DNA from: Candidatus Iainarchaeum sp.
GTDB taxonomy: Archaea > Iainarchaeota > Iainarchaeia > Iainarchaeales > GCA-2688035
DNA length: 32,000 nucleotides
Direction: 5' to 3'
Assembly (NCBI GenBank): GCA_028713935.1
Contig: JAQTNI010000009.1
Location: forward strand, 3,406 to 35,405
Numbering within the stretch: position 1 is the first letter of the stretch; every line of letters begins with the position of its first letter. The position numbers were made by a program, and so were the translations under genes. The notes below the pieces were generated by a model. That model did no database searches, had not been told where the DNA came from, and saw nothing but the letters and a program-made list of their open reading frames with translations. Positions 15,347-25,600 of the stretch are shown here, piece by piece.

Positions 15347-16498
15347 TCAGCTTGTTCCAATTTTAAGGTTTGTAAAGCCGGATTTTCCGACATTAAAATC
15401 AAAAGCATTGAATTTAACAAGAGCAATCGGCTCTTTGAAAATAATTTTTGTTGATGCAATTACTGGTGCGTGCTGGTCTGCTTTGTTGTCCATTCCAATA
15501 ATTACTTTCGGGTCGAAATCTTCTAATTTTGACTCATTTAGGATAAAAATATCTGTATAGCCTTCGCCCGCAAGTTTTAGGCTGAAATAATTGTCTGCTG
15601 TGCCAACATGATTTGAGCCTTCTGTAGAACAGCAGGAAAGGTCGCAGGGAGGCTGTGGGTCGCAATCCGCAATGGGGATCTGGCTATTGATATTAACATA
15701 AGGATTGGCATTTGATTGGAGAAATTCGTTTAACAGTGGGTTTTTTGAGCCATCCCCGAGGTCGCCATAATATTCCCATTTTTGTATCTGAATTGGCATG
15801 CCTGCATTTGGGCCTGTTGTTGGCTTTGGAATTGTCACATTAAAATCAATCATTCTTATTTTGCTTATGTCAAAGCTGCATCCATCATCTTCTCCATCAG
15901 TAAAAATTTGCAGCAAGGTTCCGTCAGGCTGCGGATTATAGGATATGCATTCGTCCAAAATCAGGTATGTGAACTTGTCGTTTCCTCCCCAATCGGAATT
16001 TTTAGCAGCCCTTGCAGTTATGTTTAAGTCTCCGTTTATGTTTTTGTCTGAAACAAAAATCGAGTAAAGGTTCAGCGCATCATACATCGCTTTGAGCTGT
16101 TCATCATCGCTGCTTATCGGGGTTTCCTGTGAAATTTCTATCCATCCGCATCCGCTTGGCGAAGCATTTGGGCCTGTGCAGGGGCAAATGTCATGGTCTT
16201 CACTTTCGGGGCAGCCATTTTCTTGGACACAGTCATCTTTGCAGGCCATGTTTCCCGCATCATATTCAAACGGAGTTAGAATCCTGCTCTGCAGCCTTCC
16301 TGCATAGCCTGTTTTTACTGCCAATGTTTCGTTGTAAATGTTTGCAAAGCCAGTGTTTACTGCGTCAAAAGCGGTTTCTTCAACAGTGCCTTGTTTTTGC
16401 CCGATTGTTGTTTGTTTTACCCCGCTTCCTGCAAGAATTATTGCCAGTCCCATTAGGAATATTACAAATGCAAGGAAAAAGCCTTTTTTGCTGTTCAT
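15347..16498 (-). CDS. membrane-anchored or pilin-like Cys-rich extracellular protein, function unknown
   Basis: 383-aa ORF. MNSKKG/FFLAFVIFLMGLAIILAG is a possible class III signal or a signal anchor. A Cys-rich segment follows (ACKDDCVQENGCPESEDHDICPCTGPNASPSGCGW). The ATG abuts the stop of the upstream gene (TAAATG at 16498/16499). Confidence 0.6.
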   Translation of the reverse strand: MNSKKGFFLAFVIFLMGLAIILAGSGVKQTTIGQKQGTVEETAFDAVNTGFANIYNETLAVKTGYAGRLQSRILTPFEYDAGNMACKDDCVQENGCPESEDHDICPCTGPNASPSGCGWIEISQETPISSDDEQLKAMYDALNLYSIFVSDKNINGDLNITARAAKNSDWGGNDKFTYLILDECISYNPQPDGTLLQIFTDGEDDGCSFDISKIRMIDFNVTIPKPTTGPNAGMPIQIQKWEYYGDLGDGSKNPLLNEFLQSNANPYVNINSQIPIADCDPQPPCDLSCCSTEGSNHVGTADNYFSLKLAGEGYTDIFILNESKLEDFDPKVIIGMDNKADQHAPVIASTKIIFKEPIALVKFNAFDFNVGKSGFTNLKIGTS

Positions 16499-19400
16499 TT
16501 ATTTCACCCAGGCAGCGTATTGCACTTTGAAGTAATAAACTTTTGATTCGCCCAGGCAGTATATTTGTGCTGTGTTGTGCAAGCTGCAGTCTTTTGCACC
16601 GCTTATCACTCCCCAGATATAACCTTCGCCTAACAATTTTGTGTTGCTAGTTGAAACAGTGTAATTTGGCGCTGCAGGCTGGTATTGTAAATTTTTATCT
16701 GCAGTTATGGAAAAAGTGCCGCAGTTTCCTGTGCAACCTGACGGTGGCAGGTCTGTGTCAATGTGGGTTGTCATTGTGTTATTTTTATAAAATCCAATGT
16801 AAAGGTCTTTTGGCGCTGTGAATCCAACACAGTTTAATTCAAAATTTAGTCTTGTGTCTTGAGGCCCATATATTGTTCCGCAGTCTGTTCCTATGCATGT
16901 GAATTTTATCTGGCAGTCCCTGTAGCCAAATGGCACTGTTTGCCTGCATGTTGCCAGGTCGTATGGGCAGTTTGGCATGCAACTACTGTCGCATTCAGTC
17001 TCTGTTCCCCAAATGTAATTATTCTGGTCTTTTATTATTGTTGTCTGCGGAGGCGGAAATTTTATTGTATCGCTTTGGCAGTATTCTCCTGTGCAGGGAA
17101 TTCTTTCCTTGAATGTCTGGCTTTTGTATTCTCCTGCAATGTCAACATCAAAAGTTATGCTTTGGTTTGTCCACTCGGGGTTTGTTGTGCAGGCAGGAGT
17201 GTCATCTGCTTTTAGGCATTTGTAAGCGTCTGTTCCAATGGTTTCGTATTTTTCGCATTTGCATATTTCTGTTCCCGGCTCGGCTTCTATGGTTATTTTT
17301 GTATTTGGAATTGCTGTTCCAATTTCTTCTGCAATCAATGCGTATATTTCCGTTAAAGTGCTTTGGTCTGCCGCAAAATAATATCTTCCGCACTGCTGGA
17401 CTTTGTTAATTTCCAGGCTTGGCCAGTTTGAAAAACATTCGGGATATTTTGGGTTTGAACCGTTCATTCTGGCTTCTTCGCAGGCTCCTGTTGCATCATA
17501 GCTTGTGCAGGGGTCTTTTGCAATGTCCCTTAAATCCTCTGCGGCAGCATCTCCGCCAAAACCAATTGCATAAACAGTAATTCCTGTGCTTCTTGCATTA
17601 TCCGCTTGCAGTATTGCATATTGCACTGCCTCCGCGGGTGTGCAAGCTGTTCCTCCTTCACATTTGTTTGCCTGTCCGTCTGTAAGCAGCACAATGAATT
17701 TTTTGTTTTGTGTATTAAATGCCGCGCTTGCAATTCCTATTGCGTCTCCAATGTTTGTTTCTCCGCTCGGATTCATTGTTTTGGCAGGGTCTGGGCCAAA
17801 ACTGTCAGTGCCGTTTAAAGTTCCTATCAAATTTGTTTTTCCAGCTGCATTAAGAAGAATCGGGCCTTGGTTAAGCACTGCCGTAGTTGAATAGCTCGCT
17901 ATTCCCATTTTGTCTTCTGATTTCCATTGTGCGTTGTTTATGAATGTTATTGCTGCCGAAAGCGCAGCGTCAATTCTTTTTATAGACCAATCAATGTTGT
18001 AACTTGTAAGATATTCAGCCCAGCCTATTACACTGTAATCTCCTGCTGGGATTGGCTGGCCTGTTGCAGTGTTGTCATAAATTATGCTCTGGCTTGTGCA
18101 TGTGTCCATTGAATCCGCGTTTGTGCAATTTACTCCGTAACCGTTATTGTCTAACCAGCCTTTTCTTGGGCGGGGATAATACCATTTCAAATTTGAGCTT
18201 CCAGATATTGGATTTTCAAATCCAATTGCTCCGCCTGCACAGACAGCGCCAGAGTCGCCTATAAGTGATGTGGAAATTTTGAGCCCGCGGAATTTATAAT
18301 TGTCTGTGATTGTTGTTGTGTCCAGGTATGTTGCTGAACTTTCTATGCTTGGCAGGCTTGCAACAGCATTGCTTGGGTTTGTCGGGCAGTTTGTTTCTCC
18401 GGGAATCATTGGTGTTGTTGTGCTTGTGCAGGTTGCACCGCTGCAGGTCCCCCCGCTTATTGAATCTGTCCTGCCAAAATTTCCAAAAACAAGGCCAAAA
18501 GAATTGCTTACAGTAGTTTGAACATTGAATGTTACTGCAGAATCAGACCAGGCCCATAATTCATAATCCCCTGTTGTTTCAAATGGTCCCGATAAGCTGC
18601 TTCCCCAATTTATTGAGCAGGGAGTTCCCTGTGCGCAAGTGCTGCTGGTCCAATCAACTGCCCCGCTGCTATTTTTGTGCGTAACATAAAATCTTGGCCA
18701 TCTGCAGTCTCCGCTGTAATTCTGGTAATTGCTGATTTGCCAGCCAATTCCGTAAATTTGATTATATTTTACAAGATCATAAGGAAAAGTGTATGAACTA
18801 ATTTTTTGCCAGTTCCCGTAATTGCTGCAGTCAGTTGGATTTTCTCCTTCCTGATATGTTCCTTCGTGTGTTCCTGTTCCGCTTGCACTTAAACCTGAAG
18901 CAGTAATTGAAGCCGGATTTTGCCGTAAATAAACATAATATCCTACTGGTGAATCGCTCCAGGCGTTTACTCCGTAGTTGTAGCCATAGCTTGGCCCCAG
19001 GCTTAATACTGTGTTTCCGCTTATGGCCTCGTAATAGAGGTAGCCGACGTTGTTTACTATTGCGCCGTTTGGTTGTGTTACCCAGATTCCTTGTGTTCCA
19101 TCTCCTGCATAATTATTTTTGCATGCCCCGTTGTATGTTGTTCCTGATGAAATGAAATAAAGAGTGTCATTGCTTAAAATTTTGTTCAAGGTGCCTTGGC
19201 TTGAAAAATCATATGAGCCTGAGCTTTGCTTGTTTGTATACGCGGTTGATGCTTTGCTTAAAGGGCAATTCGTGGTTGTTTGTGCCGGCGTGTCTGGATT
19301 TAAAACACAGCTAGGCCCGCCTCCGTTTAGCCAATTGTACAATGCTCCTGTGTTATTGTTGCCTGAGGAATCCGAAGCAATATTTCCGCTTGATTCGTTA

Positions 19401-20950
19401 AATGCCCAGTATCCAACCAAATTTGCATTGTTATTGAAAACCCCGTTATAATGCTGGTTAATTTCTACTGCAGTAAGCACCCTGTGGTAAACTCTTACTT
19501 CGTCTATTATGCCGTTAAATTCGTTTGTGATTGGCGGGACTCCTGGCCAGCCTGTTAAAGAATCACTGCCTGTTTTCCAAAATCCTGCATAATTTTTGGC
19601 TGTTCTTGTGATTGTGTCTCTTGCCACTGGGTTTGGGTTTCCGTCAACATAAAGTTTCATTCCTACTGTGCTGCTTAGTGTTGCTACAACATGGTGCCAT
19701 TGCTGATTATTGTATCCTACCATGCTGCTTAGATTTGCAACAATATTTTGCTGTTGTTGGCTATTGTCTCCTGCCAATTGAGGAACTACCATTGAGGGGC
19801 TTGTTATTACTTTTTTTGTTGTGCCGGAAATAATTCCAAAGGAAAGAGTGCCATTGTCGCGCATATAAATTAGCCTGTCTGTATTTGTGCTTGTTCCTAC
19901 CTGGCTGTTTCCAAAGCCTATCAGCCTTCCGCCATTTATGTTATCCGAAGTTGTTTTGAACCATAATTCTATGGAAAAATTTGTGGGATTTGTAAAGCCA
20001 TTATATGTTGTTACAAAAGTGTTTGCTGAACCAAACCTTAGTGCGTGGCTTCCTCTTTTTCCCGGTGCAACCCATTTTTCCGTTGTGTTTGTGCAGTATC
20101 CATAATTGATTTGCCCGATTGGGCTTGCAGTTGCTATTGGCGAGTCCATGTCAAATTTTGACATTGTAAGGCTTCTGTCTATTATTGTCATTATTGCTAT
20201 TGGGTCTCTTATTCCGCTTTTTTCGCTTATTGTGACTGTTGCCACTTCATTGGCATCTACTCCGTCTTCAGAATCATAACAGTACATTTTTGATGTTGGC
20301 ACAAAAAGTTCCGGCGTCTCAGTGCCTGGAGTGTTTGTTGTACTTACTTTTGTTGTTATTGTTGTTGCTGTTTCGTCCAATTGCAGCGTTGTGTTTTTTT
20401 TGTTTTCAGAGGCTGTTTCTATTATGCAGTTGTTTGCAATGTTTCCTTTCATATAGGGCTGCCTTTTCATGAATGCCTGGCTTCCAGTGTAAATTTCCTG
20501 GTTTGAGGGTATTTGCTGGCCTCCTGTTGCTTCTGAAACTTTGTTGAAGCATTCGTTGAATTGTGTTGTGCCAGGAGGGGGATTTCTGCAGCTTGCCAGG
20601 TCTGTGTTTTTTTGTTCAAATTGTTCTATTTGTATGTTTAAATCCATGTTTTCCGGCAATATTTTTTTCATTTCAAAGTAAAGCAAATCTGCGTCAAAAT
20701 TTGTAAGCGGGTTTCCTGTGTTGTCTACAAATATTTGCCCTATTATGCCGTTGTTGTCCATTGCAGTCACTGCATCGTCAAGCATTTGTTTTGCGTTTGC
20801 CTGCCGGGTTATGCTTGCAGTTGGCGCTTCCGTCATTATTCCCAATCCAAGATAGGATATCAGGGCAATGAGAATTGCTATTGCAAACAATGTGTCCAAT
20901 GAAATTACAAATCCTTTTTCACGGGTTTTTTCAGCAATCATTTTTTCCAA
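16499..20950 (-). CDS. giant pilin-anchored adhesin: class III signal-like N-terminus, split vWA domain with a nested LamG/ConA-like lectin domain, Cys-rich C-terminus
   Basis: 1483-aa ORF. The first codon is TTG at 20950, and the ATG at 20941 (MIAEKTREKG/FVISLDTLFAIAILIAL) is the more likely start. MIDAS-like IIDRSLTMS lies at nt 20159-20200. LamG elements (FSIELWFK, QWHHVVATL, KLYVDG, IIDEVRVYHRVL) lie at nt 19436-20053. The vWA remainder (GETNIGDAIG, KFIVLLTDGQAN, ITVYAIGFGGD) lies at nt 17318-17983. Confidence 0.85.
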   Translation of the reverse strand: MEKMIAEKTREKGFVISLDTLFAIAILIALISYLGLGIMTEAPTASITRQANAKQMLDDAVTAMDNNGIIGQIFVDNTGNPLTNFDADLLYFEMKKILPENMDLNIQIEQFEQKNTDLASCRNPPPGTTQFNECFNKVSEATGGQQIPSNQEIYTGSQAFMKRQPYMKGNIANNCIIETASENKKNTTLQLDETATTITTKVSTTNTPGTETPELFVPTSKMYCYDSEDGVDANEVATVTISEKSGIRDPIAIMTIIDRSLTMSKFDMDSPIATASPIGQINYGYCTNTTEKWVAPGKRGSHALRFGSANTFVTTYNGFTNPTNFSIELWFKTTSDNINGGRLIGFGNSQVGTSTNTDRLIYMRDNGTLSFGIISGTTKKVITSPSMVVPQLAGDNSQQQQNIVANLSSMVGYNNQQWHHVVATLSSTVGMKLYVDGNPNPVARDTITRTAKNYAGFWKTGSDSLTGWPGVPPITNEFNGIIDEVRVYHRVLTAVEINQHYNGVFNNNANLVGYWAFNESSGNIASDSSGNNNTGALYNWLNGGGPSCVLNPDTPAQTTTNCPLSKASTAYTNKQSSGSYDFSSQGTLNKILSNDTLYFISSGTTYNGACKNNYAGDGTQGIWVTQPNGAIVNNVGYLYYEAISGNTVLSLGPSYGYNYGVNAWSDSPVGYYVYLRQNPASITASGLSASGTGTHEGTYQEGENPTDCSNYGNWQKISSYTFPYDLVKYNQIYGIGWQISNYQNYSGDCRWPRFYVTHKNSSGAVDWTSSTCAQGTPCSINWGSSLSGPFETTGDYELWAWSDSAVTFNVQTTVSNSFGLVFGNFGRTDSISGGTCSGATCTSTTTPMIPGETNCPTNPSNAVASLPSIESSATYLDTTTITDNYKFRGLKISTSLIGDSGAVCAGGAIGFENPISGSSNLKWYYPRPRKGWLDNNGYGVNCTNADSMDTCTSQSIIYDNTATGQPIPAGDYSVIGWAEYLTSYNIDWSIKRIDAALSAAITFINNAQWKSEDKMGIASYSTTAVLNQGPILLNAAGKTNLIGTLNGTDSFGPDPAKTMNPSGETNIGDAIGIASAAFNTQNKKFIVLLTDGQANKCEGGTACTPAEAVQYAILQADNARSTGITVYAIGFGGDAAAEDLRDIAKDPCTSYDATGACEEARMNGSNPKYPECFSNWPSLEINKVQQCGRYYFAADQSTLTEIYALIAEEIGTAIPNTKITIEAEPGTEICKCEKYETIGTDAYKCLKADDTPACTTNPEWTNQSITFDVDIAGEYKSQTFKERIPCTGEYCQSDTIKFPPPQTTIIKDQNNYIWGTETECDSSCMPNCPYDLATCRQTVPFGYRDCQIKFTCIGTDCGTIYGPQDTRLNFELNCVGFTAPKDLYIGFYKNNTMTTHIDTDLPPSGCTGNCGTFSITADKNLQYQPAAPNYTVSTSNTKLLGEGYIWGVISGAKDCSLHNTAQIYCLGESKVYYFKVQYAAWVK

Positions 20951-21040
20951 TCCGGCTTTAATTTATTTTATTATAATTAATATTTTTTTAATATAAAATT
21001 GTATTGCCAATGTTTTTTTGGGCAGTTTTAGAAACCAAAG

Positions 21041-21670
21041 TCAATTGTATGCCCAGAGTTCAATTGTTGCTGTTCCGCTGTAGCCAGCCCCTTCATAATA
21101 AACTATTCTTTTTTGCGCAATTACTTTTTTTGCGTATGCGCTCGGGGTTACGCCTGTTTCCATTTCTGTTTCCGAACCGCGTATTTTTTCCTTAATCAAT
21201 TTTTTTTCCGATGCATTATTAGGGCTAAAATAATAAATCTGGAAATAATAATTCATGTCTCCCAGGAGCAATAATTTTGCCTTTGTTTTTTCATAATCGC
21301 CAAAGCAGTTTGCCTCGCAATCAGGCCAGATTTTTCCATATTCCACAAATTTTGCAAGCTTGTTTGAGTCTATTGCCCTGTCTCTTTTTGCAAGGCCAAT
21401 GAACAGCACATTGTCAATGCTTGGGGCAAATTGCCAGTCTGTTCCGCCGTTTATTTTTTCGCCTGGGCTTTTTACAATAAAATTCAGTGTTCTTGCGCTC
21501 GTTGCAGCCATTTCATAGTCTTTCAGCTGGTTTTCTGCAAAAGAATTCTGGTTTTCCCAGATTGTAACCGCAATTGCAAGCACTGCGAGAAAAATTGTTG
21601 TTCCAATGACTATGTCAAGGGAAACAGCCTGTGCTTTTTTGTCACTGCCCAGTGAATACAACAAAACCAC
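21041..21670 (-). CDS. pilin-like protein (class III signal peptide, Gln +1), minor pilin candidate
   Basis: 209-aa ORF. SDKKA/QAVSLDIVIGTTIFLAVLAIAVTIW. It overlaps the upstream pilin-like gene by 29 nt, so the exact start is uncertain. Confidence 0.6.
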   Translation of the reverse strand: MVLLYSLGSDKKAQAVSLDIVIGTTIFLAVLAIAVTIWENQNSFAENQLKDYEMAATSARTLNFIVKSPGEKINGGTDWQFAPSIDNVLFIGLAKRDRAIDSNKLAKFVEYGKIWPDCEANCFGDYEKTKAKLLLLGDMNYYFQIYYFSPNNASEKKLIKEKIRGSETEMETGVTPSAYAKKVIAQKRIVYYEGAGYSGTATIELWAYN

Positions 21671-22052
21671 CTTTTTTTGACAATTTATAGTTTCTAACTG
21701 TTAAAGAAATTCCACTTGCGTTTGTGTCCCCATGATCCTGATCAATCTGTGCGTTTCCAAAATAATGGCACGAATAAAGCCCCACTGTTATCTGCCCAGG
21801 ATTTCCTATGATTTTTTGGATTGCGACATTTTCTCTTGCAACAAAAATATTTTTTTCCGCTATTCCCTGGCTTGAATAAATTTCTGAAATCGCATCTGCT
21901 ATTTTGTTGCATTCAATGCCGTCTGAATTTATGCCTGTTATAAAATTGGTTTGAACTGTTTGCTGCGCATAAGCAGTTACTCCAATCAAGAGCAATGTCA
22001 TTGCAACAAGCGCAGCAATGAGGAATTCAAAAGAAACCTGGGCTTTTTTCAA
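21642..22052 (-). CDS. pilin-like protein (class III signal peptide, Gln +1), minor pilin candidate
   Basis: 136-aa ORF. MKKA/QVSFEFLIAALVAMTLLLIGVTAYA. Confidence 0.7.
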   Translation of the reverse strand: MKKAQVSFEFLIAALVAMTLLLIGVTAYAQQTVQTNFITGINSDGIECNKIADAISEIYSSQGIAEKNIFVARENVAIQKIIGNPGQITVGLYSCHYFGNAQIDQDHGDTNASGISLTVRNYKLSKKGGFVVFTGQ

Positions 22053-22061
22053 GGTTCCACC

Positions 22062-22589
22062 TTACTTTTCCAGCCGGATTAATTTCCTGTCAGTCCAGCT
22101 TACTTTAATTTTGTACCTGAAATTGTTTATCAAAATCGCAGTGTCAGTCCCGTCAGGTATTATAAGCCTTGCTTTTGTGGGATAAAGCAATTCGTTTCCA
22201 GAAATTTCAATTACTTTTACTGCGCTTGATTTTATGCAGTCATCCCCATTAGAGCACTGCTTGCCTGCGCCGCTGCAATTGCAGTTTGCTCCCTGTGCTC
22301 CATCACAGCCAATCATTTCCGCGTTTGTTTTGCAGAGGCTGTAGATGCTTATGCCTGTCACTTCGCCTGGCCAGCTTACTTCTGCAAATTGGACATTGCC
22401 CGGGCCCATTGCATAAACAAGGTTTATTGTTTGTACAAGATTGTCAAGGCTTTCGCCTGCCTGTTGTGTGCTAATGTTCTGGCTTGTTGTTGCAAGTGAA
22501 GCGCTGAACAGGACAATGACTATTACCATTGCAAAAACGCTTACCATCAGGTATTCCATTGAAGCCTGCGCGGTTTTTTCTACTTTCAT
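22062..22589 (-). CDS. pilin-like protein (class III signal peptide, Gln +1), minor pilin candidate
   Basis: 175-aa ORF. MKVEKTA/QASMEYLMVSVFAMVIVIVLFSASL, with a Cys-rich loop (CDGAQGANCNCSGAGKQCSNGDDC). Confidence 0.7.
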   Translation of the reverse strand: MKVEKTAQASMEYLMVSVFAMVIVIVLFSASLATTSQNISTQQAGESLDNLVQTINLVYAMGPGNVQFAEVSWPGEVTGISIYSLCKTNAEMIGCDGAQGANCNCSGAGKQCSNGDDCIKSSAVKVIEISGNELLYPTKARLIIPDGTDTAILINNFRYKIKVSWTDRKLIRLEK

Positions 22590-22654
22590 AGCACCAAAAA
22601 TAATAAGGGAATTCTAATATTTAATTTAATCCATTGCTGTTACAGCCAAGAGTT

Positions 22655-25600
22655 TTAGCTGCAATTGCCGCTGTTCCAGGTTTTGCCTGCAAGAACACAA
22701 ATTTTGTCTGCTGTCAAGGCTTTTTTCCAGATTGAAACATCGTCAATCAAACCAGCAAAATGACCCGGTTCATCCTGCCAGCCAAAACCAATATACGCCG
22801 CATGCAAATCGCTTGCATCAGAATAATCATGTAAAATCAGGGCAGGATTACTGGATTCGCCAGCCAGGCTTCCATCAATATAATACTTCCAGCCAACGCC
22901 GCTTTCAAAAACAAAAGCAACCTGATGCCACTCATTTTCGGCAATTGTTCCAGTGGAAGTAGGCCAAGAATTAGACTGGTTGCTTCCGTTCCGAACCATT
23001 GAAACCAAATGGCCAAAAGAATAAGAAGAAGAACTGCCGGCACTGAAATAATCAAATCCGCCTAAATGTTGGGTTACAATATTTATCTGATTCACGTAAT
23101 CCGGTTTAACCCAGGCAACAACAGTAGTAGAACTGTTCTCGCCGCCATACGTTGAAAGAGCACTCAAAGAACTGTCAAAACGAATATGGTCAGGGCCAGA
23201 AACACCACCGCGGAAAGAAAAAGCACCACTACCGTTGTGGCCTCCAGTTGCCTGACAAGTCGCTCCCACAACTGTTCCGTTACGATGATTTCCGGACTGG
23301 TCCCAGGCATTGCAATGGTCAAAACTCCAATAAGCAACCAAGTCAGGGTCGCAATCGTTTGGGCAACTGGTAAAACTTTCCCCGCCAGCATTTTCACAAA
23401 TGCCATTATTGTTGCAAGAAGGGAGTCCATAAGAATGGCTACTCCAATCTAAAGGGCCAGTATTATCAGCAACCTCTACTCCATCAGAAAAACCGTCAAA
23501 ATCAGAATCCGGATTAGTCGGGTCAGTACCGCGGGCAAACTCCTGCGAATTGATAAGGCTATCATTATCAGGGTCGCCAAGGCCATTCTGCGAAGTAATA
23601 TTCCCAAAATACTGCACTTCCCAATCATCCCGCAAACCATCCCCATCTGCATCCAAACCCTCAGTAGTAAAGGAATCGACAGAACCCCAAAGAATCTCAT
23701 TCAAAATATCGGCAGCCCGATTTGAAGAACGGATGCGGAAATTATAATCAGTATTCGGATTCAAACCAGAAAGCGTTATGCTATGAAAAGTCGTAAAAGA
23801 AGGGTCACCTATGATCCCATCTGGGCCACTAAAATAGGTAGTAGGATGTGTCTCATGATAGGGATTGTACCACCAAGAACCATTGCTTGTGTAAGCAACC
23901 TCGCTATCAGAAGGCAAATTAGTCTCCCACTGAATCGTAAAAGAAGTGCCAGTAACTGGTATTATCTGAATATTTGTCGGAGCCCTAAACCAGCCATTCT
24001 GTGCATCAACTGGCCAAGCAGTGTCAAGATTTGATGAATACGAAGCTTTCCTCTGATCATAAAGAGGCTTAAAATAACTCAGCCAAGCACCAGAACGGCT
24101 AAATTGTGCACTATTAAGATTCTGCGCCAAAACACGGAACATTTCTTTTGTGGAAATAGCAGCACGCGCACTACTAACGCGAATATTTGAGCCAATTGCC
24201 TGGGACATTCCATATCCTGAAACAAAAAATCTAAAATAAGGGTTATTAGGGCTCTCTACTTCAGCCATGGGCCCGGTTTCTCCTGTAAGCGTGTAATCAA
24301 CATACGCATCAATCATGACTGCCCTTCGGCCAGTATAAGCCAAATAAGCATCCCAGGCATCAACAGAATCATGATGATAAATAATTCCGTTATCACCAAT
24401 ATCTGTGCGGACTTGGCGAATAAAATTATAATCCTGTTGCAAATCCCCTGCATCCGCATTGTCAAAATACCAGCCATCAAAATTATTTTCTTCCTGGAAT
24501 TCTTTCATCCAAGACAAGGTTACCTGGATATCCTGCTGGTTCCACCAGTATATGGATGGCGCAGACATATAAGTAATGACTTTGAAATTGTGTGCATGGG
24601 CAAAAGAAACAAAATCCTGCAATAACTGTTTGTCAATGTCCCGGATTTTATACCCCATAATGCCAGAAGGCAAAAGCACCGGGACTTCCCCTATTTTACC
24701 GGGAGTGTTTTCATATGCAACGCTTGCCCAAAGCAAAAAAACTCCAAAACCGTCGTTAACATAATTGTCCACATTTGTCCCGGACATCAGATTAGTCAAG
24801 TCATCAGGGGTGTATAAGAAATGAACAAAAGGCTTTGAGCTTGCCCCATATAATTTTTCAAAATCAAATTTTTTTGGGGGAAAAACCATGTTTCCCATTG
24901 AACTGCCGGCTCCCAAAGAAATGCTTGTAGAATCTGTTGTTTCATTTGAAACAACTGGGTTTCCCTGCATTTTTGCATGCAAAGAACCGCCATACCCGTC
25001 TGTCCAAATTCTGTCTGTTCCTGTTCCTTTGTTCCAGGGCGCAGCAGCAACCAAATTGTTGTAGGTGTAGGCGAATGGCTCTTTGGCTTCAATAATGAAA
25101 AAAGAATCCGAATTGAAAACAAAGCGTGCTTTGTCGCTTTGCACAATTGCCTGTATTGTTGTTGCGGATTCAACAGTTAAATTTGAAATTGTGTTTTCAA
25201 AAGAGATTTCTGCAACTTTTCTGGGGGTTTCTGTGTCATTATTGGTTGCGGGGTCAATGCGGCGCCATAATTCAATTCCGTCTTGTTTTATAATGTACAA
25301 GGCGCCTGTGGTTGTAATTTCAATTTGATCTTCGTCTTGAAAAGCAGAAAAGATGCTCATGCCAAAAAACCCGTTGCCAGTGCAGTCCAGTGGGCAGTTG
25401 CTTGCTGTTTCGCCTGCCTCGCATGTTCCGTTGTTGTTGCAAACGGCTTGTCCTGTGCATTGGCAGTTTGTGCAGGTAAATCCTGCTTGGCATTGCGCTT
25501 GCCCTGTCCCGTCGCATTGTTCTGTTTGGCCTTCGCTGTTTGGGTCGGTTATAATATTGTCTCCGCAATAGGTTGTGCAGTCTGTTGGGCAAGTGGCATT

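Noticed and set aside
20951-21040. Very AT-rich 90-nt spacer (TTAATTTATTTTATTATAATTAATATTTTTTTAATATAAAATTG) considered as a possible replication-origin element or small RNA
   Set aside because: There are no ORB-like repeats or a conserved structure. Its position immediately upstream of the 1483-aa gene fits an internal promoter/TATA region within the operon.
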